From Eledone cirrhosa (lineage: Eukaryota): 64,000 bases of DNA. A program made the translations under genes and the position numbers. Below, piece after piece: positions 35,954 to 48,455 of this stretch; position 1 is the first letter of the stretch, and each line of letters starts with the position of its first letter. The notes below the pieces were generated by a model. The model was not told the origin of the DNA and made no database searches. It saw nothing but the letters and a program-made list of their open reading frames with translations. The stretch lies in the NCBI GenBank assembly GCA_964016885.1, contig OZ024742.1:45384001-45448000 (forward strand). The letters are read 5' to 3'.

Positions 35954-36167
35954 AAGAGATTTTAACATGAATGGACCTGTTATTTTTATCTATTTTTTTC
36001 AAATTTCAACCCGGCCGTCCCCTCAATCTATCTTATTTCTCATTCTTTCTTTTGATGAAGGACTTGCGTCCGAAATGTTAAGACCCTCTTCCTGCTATAT
36101 CAAACGTTAACCTAATATATACCTTCCATATACTGTACCAATTGTGTTGTTATTTCTGTTTACCTTT

Positions 36168-36172
<5 letters not shown>
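35954..36172 (+). mobile_element. ~220-bp non-coding element with minimal hammerhead-like core (Penelope pLTR/retrozyme-like)
   Basis: TTGATGA-a-ggac ttgc gtcc-GAAA-tgTTA at 36052-36080; inverted copy at 38484-38704, partial copy at 44272-44410. Confidence 0.65.
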
Positions 36173-36247
<75 letters not shown>

Positions 36248-36833
36248 CATATATATATATAATAAATAACAAACAAACAAACAAATTATCGCTCTACATG
36301 GCTGAATACAATAAATGTAATCTGAGTTTTTCGAATATTAATAATAATATTCGATTCGTTTGCAATTATGCAAACAGCCTCTTTTAAGCCATGTCAGTAG
36401 AATGAGCCCCTCATTCTTGCTCTTGTGTTGGCATGTAAACAGAAATGCAGAGACTAATGTTTCTGGGTATTACCCTTCATCAATGCAGTTCACTCTTCAC
36501 CTGCCAACTATCAGAGCTAGTGAAAATATATGATGTTTTCTAAAATATACAGTGACTGATCGGCCTGATTTGCATATATATATATATAAAATGGCGAGCT
36601 GTGTGGTTGAAATTAAGTATAACGAAAAATAAAAGTTACGTCGAAAGAGGGTAATATCCATCGTCAGTTGTCTGCTAGGAATCATAGGTATTTCTTCGCA
36701 TTAGAGACAAGATACCTCAGCCTAGGGCGAACAATAACTAAAATAAGTTACTTTTTCCACGGAAACTTCAACACTTATATATATATATATATATATATTT
36801 TTAAATCCACTGTCAGTAAATACACCAGGATTT

Positions 36834-36894
36834 TTTCATTCTGATGACTGAAAGCAAATTTTGCTTGCTTTCAAGAAACCACTGGTAAATGAAA
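36834..36894 (+). ncRNA. Type I hammerhead ribozyme motif
   Basis: tttcatt-CTGATGA-c-[tgaaagcaa attttgc ttgctttca]-a-GAAAC-c act g-GTA-aatgaaa; all three helices pair; cleavage triplet GUA. Confidence 0.78.
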
Positions 36895-36927
36895 TAATTA
36901 TCTTATGTTGTTTATTACATAACTAAA

Positions 36928-36969
<42 letters not shown>

Positions 36970-36972
<3 letters not shown>

Positions 36973-37783
36973 TTGTATGATGCCTGCATACGAACAGCAA
37001 TGTTGCATGGCAGTGAGACCTAGGCATTGTGTGCAGAGAATATACACAGACTAGAGAGGAACGAAGCTTGCATGCTCCGCTGGATGTGTAATAGTAATAT
37101 ACGTGAACGGCAAAGCATAAATGAACTAAGGGAAAAATTAGAAATAAGAGGGATCAGATGTTGTTTACTCGAGAGAAGGCTATGTTGGTATGGTCACGTG
37201 ATGCGCATGAAAGACGACAGCTGTATAACAAAGTGCAGGGCAATAAAGATAGACGGTAGCCACGGAGTAGGCAGACCCAGAAAAACCTGGGACGACCTGA
37301 TAAATTCCGACCTCACACACTTACACCTCTCCAAGACAATGTCACTGGACCGAGACCTTTGGCGGTACTCAGTAATAGAGAAGACCTGCCTTACCTAAAT
37401 ACAAAGTAAAACCTACTACAGTCAGTAGGCATCTCTAACAAAATACACCCCCGTCCCACCCGATCCGCACCGCCCCTTTCAATGTAAAGTTATGTTGGTG
37501 CCACAACATCCAGGCCGAAACAAATGAGATTGTGTAGGCGTCATGACAAAAAAACACACAGTCCACGCTGTAATGTGGCCGTGTAGGCAACACGGTAAAA
37601 ACCTCCCAGTCCTTCACTGTAAACGTGGTTGGTGTTAGGAAGGGCATCCAGCTGTAGAAAACCCGCCAGACAGTCCTATGCGAGCAAGACAACCACTCTT
37701 GCCTCAAGTGGGAAAACTCCCGTCCAAACCCATGCAAGCGTGGAAGATGGACGTTAAACGATGATGATGATGATGATGATGAT
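36970..37783 (+). mobile_element. RTE 3' fragment between (TA)n runs
   Basis: ORF 37027..37398; (GAT)n tail. Confidence 0.93.
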
Positions 37784-38338
37784 ATATATATATATATTAT
37801 GAAGTAAAATGACAGGAGGCCAAATAGGTTGAATTTCCTCAATTATATATTTCTGCAAACATAATGCACATTTCAGTGGCCAGGTTGCGTAAGAACCCGA
37901 TGACATCTTCAGATGCAAATTGCATAATAGATGAATACCAACGGAATGATGGTAAACACATTCCAAGAGGATTTAAGGAAAAAAGCAAAGAAAAAACAGT
38001 GAAAAAAAACGTGTGTTTATGTGTTTGACTCAGTGACGATCGAAGCAGCATGTTGTTATTAGGCCCCGTCATCTCTGAGTGATTATCTTCAACAGATCCT
38101 TCCTAAGGTGAAACTAATTGTTCTCAGAAATGGTGAATTAACTGTTGTGGAACTACTTCTACCAAACTCGTCCCATGGACTGAGTGTTGTACTACTACGG
38201 ATATAACTCACCAGTGTTCTACTATATATATATATATATATATATATAAGCAAAATGAATAAATGTAGGAGTTGCATGTCGTTAGAACAAAATTTTACTT
38301 CTTACATGATGTTTTACCTTACGATACATATATCCTCT

Positions 38339-38374
<36 letters not shown>

Positions 38375-38483
38375 AAAGGCAAATAGAAATAGCAAAGCAA
38401 ACGTCAGTAAAATGAAGAAATATATTATTAGTTTTACGCTTGATATAGTAGGAAAAGTTTATATATATATATATATATATGTA

Positions 38484-38701
38484 TGTAAAAGGTAAACAGA
38501 AATAACAACACAATCAGTACAGTATATGGAAGGAATATATTAGTTTAACGCTTGATATAGCAGGAAGAGGGTCTCAACATTTCGGACGCTAGTCCTTCAT
38601 CAGAAGAAAGAATGAGAAATAATAGATTGAGGGGACGGGCGGGATGGAATTGGAAAAAATGTTTTTAGATAAAAATAACAGGTCCATTCATGTTGACATC
38701 T

Positions 38702-38704
<3 letters not shown>
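38484..38704 (-). mobile_element. Second copy of the ~220-bp hammerhead-like element
   Basis: Reverse strand CTGATGA-a-ggac tagc gtcc-GAAA; same ends as 35954-36172. Confidence 0.65.
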
Positions 38705-38747
<43 letters not shown>

Positions 38748-38806
38748 TCATCGTCGTTTTTAACGGCTACTTATATTATGATGATATATATATACACATG
38801 TACACA

Positions 38807-38886
38807 CAGGGTGTCCCCAAAAATTGTATATACATATTTATATAGAATGTTGTTGAAGTGTGTATACATCTTTTTGGGACATCCTA
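38807..38886. mobile_element. Tiny Tc1/mariner-type MITE
   Basis: CAGGGTGTCCCCAAAAA..GTATA / GTATAC..TTTTTGGGACATCCTA. Confidence 0.6.
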
Positions 38887-39334
38887 TATATATATATATA
38901 TATGATGATGATGATATATATGTGCATGTCAAAAGTAAACAGGTGTGCTATCTCATGCCCAATCATTGATCTATTTTATCTATTTGTTGAATTTTGTTAA
39001 AGTTTATCATGCCACGTATTCGTTAAGTATATATAACATTTTCCTTTATTATATTGATTACATTAAACTTAACATAAGTTTTCGTTGGTTTTTAACAACA
39101 CTGAGAAGTTTCCATACTTTAGGAGTGCTGGAATATGCATGCAAGTATGACGTTTTTAATAATGTACCCTGAAAAAATTAGAAGATATAAATCGGAATGT
39201 TGATAGCTGAATTACAAAAGTCATGACTTTATGGCCTTATTGTGAATACAAATGTGCACAAGAAGAAAAGGGGGAAAGGGGGTAATAAAAGAAGAAAGAA
39301 CAAAGTGGGTTCTGGAGTAAAGAGAAAATCCACA

Positions 39335-39590
39335 AACTCAGTCACTCACCATATGAAGGAGTACTGGAACAACTTCCCTCTAAAGGTGAGTAGGGGAGAA
39401 GACCCTACACACGCTTAGTCACCCATCATATCAAGGGGTACTAAGAACCCTACCCCTCCACACACTCAGTCACCTACCATATCAAAAGGTACTGAAACAA
39501 CTTCTCTCTAAAGGTGAGTAGAGGAGAAGACCCTCCACACACAGTCACTCACTCATTCACTACAAGGGGTGCTGGAGCTTCTCTCTAATA
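39335..39590. repeat. Degenerate tandem duplication (~125 bp)
   Basis: CTCAGTCAC..CCATAT..GTACTG..ACAACTTC.CTCTAAAGGTGAGTAG..GAGAAGACCCT occurs twice. Confidence 0.7.
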
Positions 39591-40754
39591 ATTTCTAAGG
39601 TGGAGGCTGATTTGGCTTCTCTGTCTATCAAGTGTAGGAGGTTAGGGTGAAGTTAGGTGAGGGGAGTGGTATACTACTATTACTATAAACATAGCAGAGA
39701 ATGAAACCTCCATATGTCACATCAATCAAAACAAAAGAAAGCTGATAATTTGCTATATAAAATAATTTTGTAGTGGAAGTGAATAAACACACTGTGTCTA
39801 TGAACATTCATAAATTTGTTAATTTAGCTTTCAACAAATAAAGACCTTTAAAAACACTATATTTCATTTTATTTAGAAATTCAAAAGGTCTTTAGAGTAC
39901 AGTCAATTAAACAAAAGCTTAATTAAAAGCTTTTGTATATTTATATTAATTAGTGTTCCTATCTCACTTTATCTAATTGGTTATATATCACCATCATCAT
40001 CACTATTTAACGGCTATTTTCCATGCTTGCATAGATTAAATGACTGTCACGTGTTGAGATCTGACTGGTAAGGTGACTAAGTCCTGATCATACATTTTGT
40101 TTTGGCTTGGTTTCTATGGTTGGATGTCGTTCCTAACATCACCAAATTGACGTGTACAGTTTGCACAGATGGATGCCCTTCGTAACATCAACCACTTTAC
40201 AGCATGTACGGGGAGCATTTTATCTTGAGGCTGGCATTACCACTTTTACAGAGCTTTTCATCATGGCACCGGCACTATCTCAGGAGGCATTAATGGGTGG
40301 GGGTGAGACTGGGGTACAGATATTGCACTGCTGGAGGTGGGGGTCATGGTGATGGCTTTGAAGTGGATGGTGTCTGACATATTGTGGGGTGTTCCTGGTT
40401 TTCCTTGATGGCCTAAAAGGTGTTTATATACTACTTGGAGTAAGTGGGTAGGTGATGTATCTCATTTTGGAGTGTATCAGGCTTCCCTGGGATGGGAAAA
40501 TGTTGGTGTACAAGGGTTCAGCAGGGGTAGTGAATCAAGGTTCCTCCTAGCTTTCCATGCTAGCATGGGTTTGGCAAAGAGGTCTTGAGTATACTGGCAG
40601 GTAAAGATCTGAGAGTTGTTCAATCTCTCTGCTTCTTTTGGTTTAGGGAGGAGAAGTGGATCAGGGGTTTACTGGCAGGGAGTTCACGAGCATATTGGCA
40701 GGCAGGGGGTGGGACCTGAGTGGGTTTAGGTTGGAGGGAGGTATATGGTTCGCT

Positions 40755-40945
40755 ATACTCTGATTCAGCATAACACAGAATGTGACAAGGCTGGCCCTTC
40801 AAATTACAGATACAACACATTTTTACCAGCTGAGTGGACAGGAGCAACTGGAAATAAAGTTTCTTGCTCAAGGACACAACGCGCTGTTGGGAATCGAACT
40901 TACGACTGTAAGCTGAATGCCCTAACTACAAAGCCACGCACCTTC
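40755..40945 (-). mobile_element. CORE-SINE
   Basis: Reverse strand: GTGGCTTTGTAGTTAGG..GTTCGATTCCC..GTTGTGTCCTTGAGCAAG. Confidence 0.75.
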
Positions 40946-42078
40946 ACACTTTATCTACAGTAGTATTTCTAAATTAGCAGTAGCTATTTTATCAACTTAG
41001 GAAGGGTGAATGTCAAAGTCAACCATACCAGAGTTTTCAACACAGAAGGACAAGCTATTTCATGCAATTGTTCATCCTGCTAGCAGTCACCAAATCTTTT
41101 TAAATTACACCCCCACTGACTTAAAAAAAGGAAGAACACATTGGATATTGTTAAAGTTTCTCAAGAATGTAGTTCTATGTTTGCTCCGATTGCATGGCGC
41201 CTCAGGAATGTGTCTTTTACCAGAACTTCAGGACAACTAATAACTTGAATGAAATTTGTTTGACAGAAATTATGCAGAAGTTGTCACCCCCACCACGCCG
41301 CTGCTGCTACCATTACCACCATCACCACCATTTGTATAATACAGTTACACTTTTTGAAAGCTGTTGCCTTTCTTCTCACACAGTGTCTATTTCTTTCTCT
41401 GTCACCAAACCTCGTTCATTCTTTGAAGTAAAACCGCACCATGAGATACTGAAAGGAGTGAGTGTAACAGCTGAGCCTATTAGTTTCTAATAAAAAGAGG
41501 GAAAGTAGGATCAATCAAAACATAAATTTAGATAAAACTCTCTGCCTTCAATTGGTCATGATTCTTTCATTATCTGGGAAGTAGAGGGGGTCTACTCTTT
41601 TAGTTAATGTGTAATATGTGTATTTTATTTTTATTTCATAAGCTTTATTCAAATATTGAACATATATAAGCAAATAGAATCAGTACTCACTACACAAAGT
41701 AGAGTTACATTCAATATTCAAGTGCCTTTCATAACAATTTGCATGTGTATATATGTGGGTAATCAATTAACAGATGTGTGCGTGTGTAGATGTGTTTGTC
41801 TCTGTGGAAGTTATCTATTAACAGATTATATCATCACCATTTAACATCTACTTTCCCACGCTGGTATGAGCAATGCCATGGTTACCTGACCATGGCATTG
41901 CTCATACAGAACCGAGTTTGGCTTGATTTCTACAACTTCATTTACAGTGTGGACTGGGTGTTTTTTGCGTAACACCTACACGACCACTTTACAGTGTGGG
42001 CTGGAGGCTTTACTGGAAGTAACTTCAACTTGCCCTATATATATCATCATCATCGTTTAGCGTCTATCTTCCACGCTA

Positions 42079-42116
<38 letters not shown>

Positions 42117-42339
42117 GGGCCGGCCGGCGAAGAAACAACACCACATGTTCGGCCAGCCCTTGTATCATGAAAAGAAAATCCTTTTCGGGGAAATTATTGG
42201 ATTTTTCCAAATTTAAAAGTTTCTTAGGAACTTTCAATGTTTATTTTAGGTTTTGCTGTCTTAAGAGCTCAGGCTATCATAATTGTCCTCGGTGAAATAT
42301 GTATAACGGAGTTTAAGATAAACCCGAATCAACTGAATA

Positions 42340-44231
42340 TGGCCGCCATTCGGATATTATTGCTGAAATGCTGAAAGCACTATGGTCATCCGGATAGTAA
42401 ACCAAGTCATACAGAATGGGGTCATACCAAATGACTGGCGTAGCAGCATCCTCATTAACTGCTACAAGGGTAAAGGAGATGCCCTAGATAGAGAAAACTA
42501 TAGAGGCATTAAATTGGTTGACCAGGTCATGAAGGTCACAAAGAAATATAGCGCAACTAATCAGAGAGCGAATTGATCTAGATGAAATGCAGTTTAGGTT
42601 TGTGTCAGATAAAAGTACCACGGACAAGTACCTAGCTAAAAGTAAACCCCTATACTTAGCTTTTGTTGACTTGGAGAAAGCTTTTGACAGAGTCCCCCGC
42701 TCCATTATCTGGTGGGCTCTTAGAAAACAAGGTGTTGATGAATGGCTTGTGAGAGCTATATAAGCTATGTATAATGAAACAGTCAGCAAGGTTAGAATTA
42801 ACAACAAATATAGTGAAGAATTTAGTGTAAATGTTGGTGTTCATAAAGGCTCTGTCCTTAGCCGACTACTATTTATTATTGCCCTTCAGGCTATAACAGA
42901 GGAGTTCAAGACTGGCTACCCATGGGAACTTCTATACGCAGATGATCTAACTCTCATAGCTGAATCGATAGCTGAACTAGAGAAAAACATTCCAAACATG
43001 GAAGCATGGCCTAGAATCAAAAGGCCTTAAATTTAACTTAAGACTAAAGTTCTGGTATGTAGAAAGGAAAATAAGGCACAGGTGCCCTCAGGGAAATGGC
43101 CATGCTCAGTGTGTAGGAAAAGAGTAGGTAGAAATTCCATATTATGTCCCAAATGCAAACTATGGGTACATAAAAGATGTAGTGGGATCACAGGTAAGCT
43201 ATCTAAGAACGTAGGTTTTATGTGGCCGATGCTCAGGTGCAATAAGTAGAAAGTGCCCACAGGATACTAGCTCCTTCTATTACCCAGATGGTTCTATAGA
43301 AATAGTAGACACCTTCCGTTACCTGGGTGACAAAATCAGCAGTTGGAGAGGGTGCTCTGAAAGTACAGTAGCCAGAGTCAGAACGGGATGGAAAAAGTTC
43401 AGAGAACTTATACCACTATTGGCCACTAAAGGTTTCTCTCTAAAAATGAAAGGCAGATTGTATGATGCCTGTATACAAACAGCAATGTTACATGGCAGTT
43501 AGACATGGGCTTTCTGTGCAGACTGGAGAGGCACGAAGCCTCCATGTTCCGTTGGATGTGTAATAGTAATATACGTGAACTAAGTGAGAAATTAGGAATA
43601 AGAGGGATCAGATGCTGTTTACTCAAGAGAAGACTATGTTGGTATGGTCACGTGATGCGCATGAAAGACGACAGTTGTATAAAAAAGTGCAGGGCGATAA
43701 AAATTGATGGAAGTTACGGAGTAGGCAGACCCAGAAAAACATGGGACAATTTGATAAATTCCGAACTTGTCACTGGACCGAGATCTTTGACGCTACGCAG
43801 TAATACAGAAGACCCGCCTTTCTTATGTACAAAGCGAAACCTAGTCAGTAGGCACCTCTTAACCAAATATATACCCCATCCCACTACTCCTATTCCTCCA
43901 CTCCCACCAACACCACCCTTTCTCTGTAAAGTTATGTTGGTACCACAACATCCAGTCCAAAATAAATGAGGTCGTGTAGGTGTCACAACAAAATAACACA
44001 CAGTCCACGCTGTAATGTGGCCGTGTAGGTAACACAGTAAAAACCTCCCAGTCCACACTGTAAATGTGGTTGGTGTTAGGAAGGGCATCCAGCCGTAGAA
44101 AACTTGCCAGACAGTCCTATATGAGCGAGACATGGTCACCCAACCAATCTTGTCTCAGTAGGACAATTCCCGTCTAAATCCATGCTAGCGTGGAAGATAG
44201 ACGTTAAACGATGATGATGATGATGATGATG

Positions 44232-44232
<1 letters not shown>
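42340..44232 (+). mobile_element. RTE LINE, 5'-truncated, degraded
   Basis: ORFs 42382, 42767 (YADD) and 43505; PHD remnant; (GAT)n tail. Confidence 0.92.
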
Positions 44233-44265
<33 letters not shown>

Positions 44266-44879
44266 ATGTGTGTAAAAGGTAAATAGAAATAACAAACTTA
44301 ACAAAACAAATGGCACAGTACATGGAAGAAATATATTAGTTTAATGCTTAAAATAGCAGGAAGCAAGTCTTAACATTTCGGACACAAGTCCTTCCTCAGA
44401 AGATAGAGTTAGAAATAAAAGGTGAATAGAAAGTAAAGAATGATAAGAGGAAGGCACGGGGAAAAAGTGTGTGTGTGGGGTGGGGGTGGGGGTGGGGTGA
44501 AAACACACTTGTATATTTAGTCGCCCATCTTGGAGTATATAAATATATATTATTAGTATATCTTTGAATTTTGGTCTTTGTATTTATTATTACTCTATAT
44601 ATACACACACATGTATCAACAGTGGAAGTATACAATCAAATCTCAAAGGAGAGTAAAGAAAGACTTAAAGGTTGTAATTGCCAGTTACAGAATGAGGCAT
44701 TTGCTCATGCAAAACAAATGTTAAGAGAAGAGTTGGGTTAAAGTGTGGAAGTTAGTGATGTGTGTTAGAAATAAGCAGAGCACAAACATTCAAAAGTATT
44801 AGAAGAAAATCAACTTACTTTCATAAAAAAACCTGTTTAAACAGTTTTTTTTATGAAAGTAAAGAGTGTGAATATTTGG

Positions 44880-45580
44880 TTGACTGTGTTCATCAGCTAG
44901 CTTGGACTCGACAATCTTCCAGCATCTCTTTGCCAGACACTTAGCATAGACTTTACCCAGGAGGCTTAACAAGGAGATCCCTCTGTAATTGAAACAGTCT
45001 CTCTTGACTCCCTTTTTGAACATACAGAATATCACTCCTGAATTCCATTGCTTAGGTACTTTTCCAGAGACCCAGGCCACCCAGCAAATACAAGTCAGAC
45101 AGAGAATACTTTCTCTATTTAAGGCTTTTAACATCTTGGGCCGGATTTCATCTTCTCCAGCGGCCTTGCCACATTTAAGCTCTTTAACTGCTCTTGAAAC
45201 CTCAACCTCAGAAAGATTAGTCATCGCTCCCAGATGCATCTCGTGTACAGCAGAACATTCTATTGTGATTGGGTTCAGATCAATAAAGTATTCTCTCCAC
45301 CTCTCTGAAGAGGTAGAGCCACTACTTCTCCGAATTGAGAGAACACAGCTCCGAGACTATGGGTATGTAGTTAGAATGTTTCAGGAAAGAATTGCTGGAC
45401 AGATTTTACAGGCAAAACCAGCCAGCAGGAGACCCAGAGCAAGATGGTTGGATAACATCCATGAGCTTGGCTGGTTTCACTTGGGGAAACGGTTGCTTCT
45501 CACAGGACCTGCTGAAAGGAGTGTTTGAGGACTCTGCTGCCACAACCCTCTCTCTCTTGAGAAAAGTATGGGCACAGATG
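44880..45580. mobile_element. Fragments of a second RTE family (RT piece on minus, 3' piece on plus)
   Basis: KAAGEDEIRPKMLKAL..FKKG..NYRGISLLS; LLLRIERTQLR..RRPRARW. Confidence 0.75.
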
Positions 45581-45699
45581 GACTCTCCAATTGAACAATG
45601 TAGGTCTGAGGAAGGTGCAGGTCACCTAGGTAAAGGAAGATATCAACTATTTCTAAGGATTGGGAAAATTTTATTTCACTGGGGCTCTTGCTACTAACT

Positions 45700-46860
45700 A
45701 TTCCTGTTTGTCTACCTACAATTCCACTACATGAGCAGCTGGTTTTAAACTTCTTTCTTATGGCCTAGAGAACTATAATGAACAGAGAGGTGGAGCTGAG
45801 CCCTGATGAACACCTTCCTACACATTTCATTCTCCATTAAACTCATTACCTACTCTCATATTACTGACAGCAACTTTGTACATGGGTTGCATTGCTCTTA
45901 CAAGCCATTCTTCTTTGTCTAGTTTCCTTAAGGATCAACAAGAGCTTGATTGAGCAGCTTATTTAGGAACATCTTTTATAGATCTCTCACTAAGAAGAGG
46001 GCATCTGTAGTGCTCCTCCCTGGCACAAAACCAAACTGTATCTTATCTAATTTGACTCTTTTCCTAATTAGCTGCTTTAAAACCCTGTTACTTTTATAAC
46101 TCGATTCATCAGTTTTATGTCCTTGTAGTGGTTCCTTTCTGAAGCATCACCAATTCCCTTGTATGCATTGGTACGTGCATGTGATGCACATGGATGATGG
46201 TTGCTGGGTGAAGGATTGCCAGCAAATCCCAGCAGAAAGAAGCTGCAGTAGAGGTAGACAAAGGAAGACCTGGGCAAATCACAGAGATGATGAAGGAACA
46301 GTAGAGAGATGCTGTGTGAAAAGGACCCATCCAAGCATGGAAAAACATGGATAAACAATGATGATAATTGCTATACCTGTCACTGAGTACAACACCATCA
46401 TGTATTACCTGATTGACTATATGGGTGACTAGTCCAGCACTTACTTCACCAGATGATTTCAGCATCTCTGAAACTATTTCTGATGGTCCAACTGTTTTAC
46501 CCTTTTTCATCTCCTTGATTGTTTTTTTGACTCTGTAACTGTCAACTTTGATAGCCAGTCCATGTGGAGTCTCCCAAGGGTAGTCACTGTTCCTCCCACT
46601 CATTCTCCACATTAATCAACTTATAATAATATTTCCAAGCCACTTTCTTCTGAGCATCAGTGAGTTTATGTACCAACATCCTGGTCTTCCCTGACACACT
46701 ACCTTGCTATGCACAACACTTCAGGCTTCAGGTCATCACGTTGCATAATGTTGGTAAACTTCCAGTTTCTTTACATTCTATGTAAACCTGTTGTCTAGTT
46801 TCTCTTTTAGCTACTTGATATTGTTCTTTGCTGCCCTCATTTTTCCAGTCTTTCCAACCC
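45700..46860 (-). mobile_element. Old RTE RT fragment with a nested opposite-strand RTE 3' end (~46165-46365)
   Basis: KEMKKGKTVGPSEIVSEMLK; nested HWYVHVMHMDD..RGRQRKTW. Confidence 0.75.
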
Positions 46861-46934
46861 ACTATCCGACATGTTAACAATTCTGCCAACATACTGCCCT
46901 TTTGTTTTGTTAAAAAAAAAAAATAATAATAATA

Positions 46935-47400
46935 ATTTCTTTATTGAACACTGGAGCCCAAAACATTGAGGGCAATACAATAAACAGAAACAGTGAGGAT
47001 TTACATATAAATAGACAAGTAAAGAGAGAAATCAGGTAGCAGGCAACAATTTGATAACAACAGGATTCCTCAATAGTGGGGGAATGTCACCCAAGGATTA
47101 TTAAAAAACTCCACAGATCCAGGATCCCCCTGACCCCCAAGGGCCTTGTAGGTAAATGCCCTTCTCCCCTCTCCATCTTACAGGTACACACTTAGAGTAG
47201 GCCCATTCACACGGGCCATCCCCATAAATTCATTCACCAATTAATAAATATACTGGGGGTGGTTAGAGTTACTTTCCTCTCCACTCTCAACTTCCTTTTC
47301 AAATGGAACTTGAAAGGTTGATGAGGGCTTGGTTTCATCTACCACACAACCACTTCTACCATAGCCACATGAAGAAAGATGCTGCCATTTCTGACCAAAA
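46935..47400 (-). mobile_element. Possible L1/Tx1-type LINE 3' remnant
   Basis: Reverse strand reads ..ALIN/FKFHLKRKLRVERK.. and ends in AATAAA plus an (ATT)n tail; recognition is tentative. Confidence 0.35.
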
Positions 47401-47759
47401 GAAGATGGTGGGGGCAATCAACCCAATGTTAGTCATGAAAATGGTTGTTATTAAGGCAGAGAGAGACCGATAAAGCCAGTGTTAAATCCTCTTTCACTTC
47501 TTTTTCGTCCTCGATCTTCATGTTGTTTGACACCATTTTGAAAAAATATTGCTCAATGCCATTCTGAAAAACCTCCAATAAAACAGATTTTCAAAGAGAA
47601 CAAAAAAAAAAGAAAAGGCCCTTGGAGCCTGAAATTTTATGTTTCTTTTGTATAAAAAAAACAAAAACAATACCTGGTAAATATTTCCCAAAACAGGTAA
47701 CAAGTGCCAAACTCAAGAACTGAGTAATGACACACACTCAATGTATAATAATAATAATG

Positions 47760-48440
47760 GTCTCTACTTTAGACACAAGGCCAGCAATTTGAAGGGGAGG
47801 GGAAAGTCAATTAAATCGAACCCAGTACATTACTGGTGTTTTATTTTATTGACCTCATAAGGATGAAAGGCAAACCTCAGCAGGATTTGAACTCAGAAGG
47901 GCCGTAACTCTATGCCACGAAGCATGGTGTCCAACGCCGACGCTCTACTGATACTGCCAATCCACCATCCTAATAATGATAATAATTGTTTCTACTTTTA
48001 GCACAAGGCCAGCAATTACCCAGTACATTACTGGTACTTTATTTTATCGACCCTGTAAGGATGAAAGACAAAGTTAACCTCGTAAAGGGACGTAACTATG
48101 CTAGAAAGCATGGCGTCCAACCCTCTATCAGTACTGCCAATTCACTGAATGATAGTGATAATAATTTCTTTATTATTCTTATCAATATTATAGAACTTGC
48201 TTACATTGAGTGTAAATAATAATAATAATGATTTCTAATTTAGGCACAAGGCCAGCAATCCGGGAGGGGGGGGGGAGTCAATTATATTGATCCCAGTACT
48301 TTACTGGTACTTCATTTTATCGACCTTGGAAGGATGAAAGGCAAAGTTGACCTTCAGGATTTGAACTCAGAATGTAAAGAGCTAGAACTATATGCTGCAA
48401 GTCATTTTGTTTGACACTCTAATGATTCTGCCAATCCACA
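47760..48440 (-). mobile_element. Three tandem Meta-domain SINEs
   Basis: Copies at ~47760-47970, 47985-48145 and 48230-48440, separated by (AAT)n. Confidence 0.85.
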
Positions 48441-48455
48441 AGATCCTCATCACCA

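Noticed and set aside
36320-36400. Double hairpin followed by GAAA on the minus strand
   Set aside because: Core is too degenerate (TTAAAAGA) to call a ribozyme.
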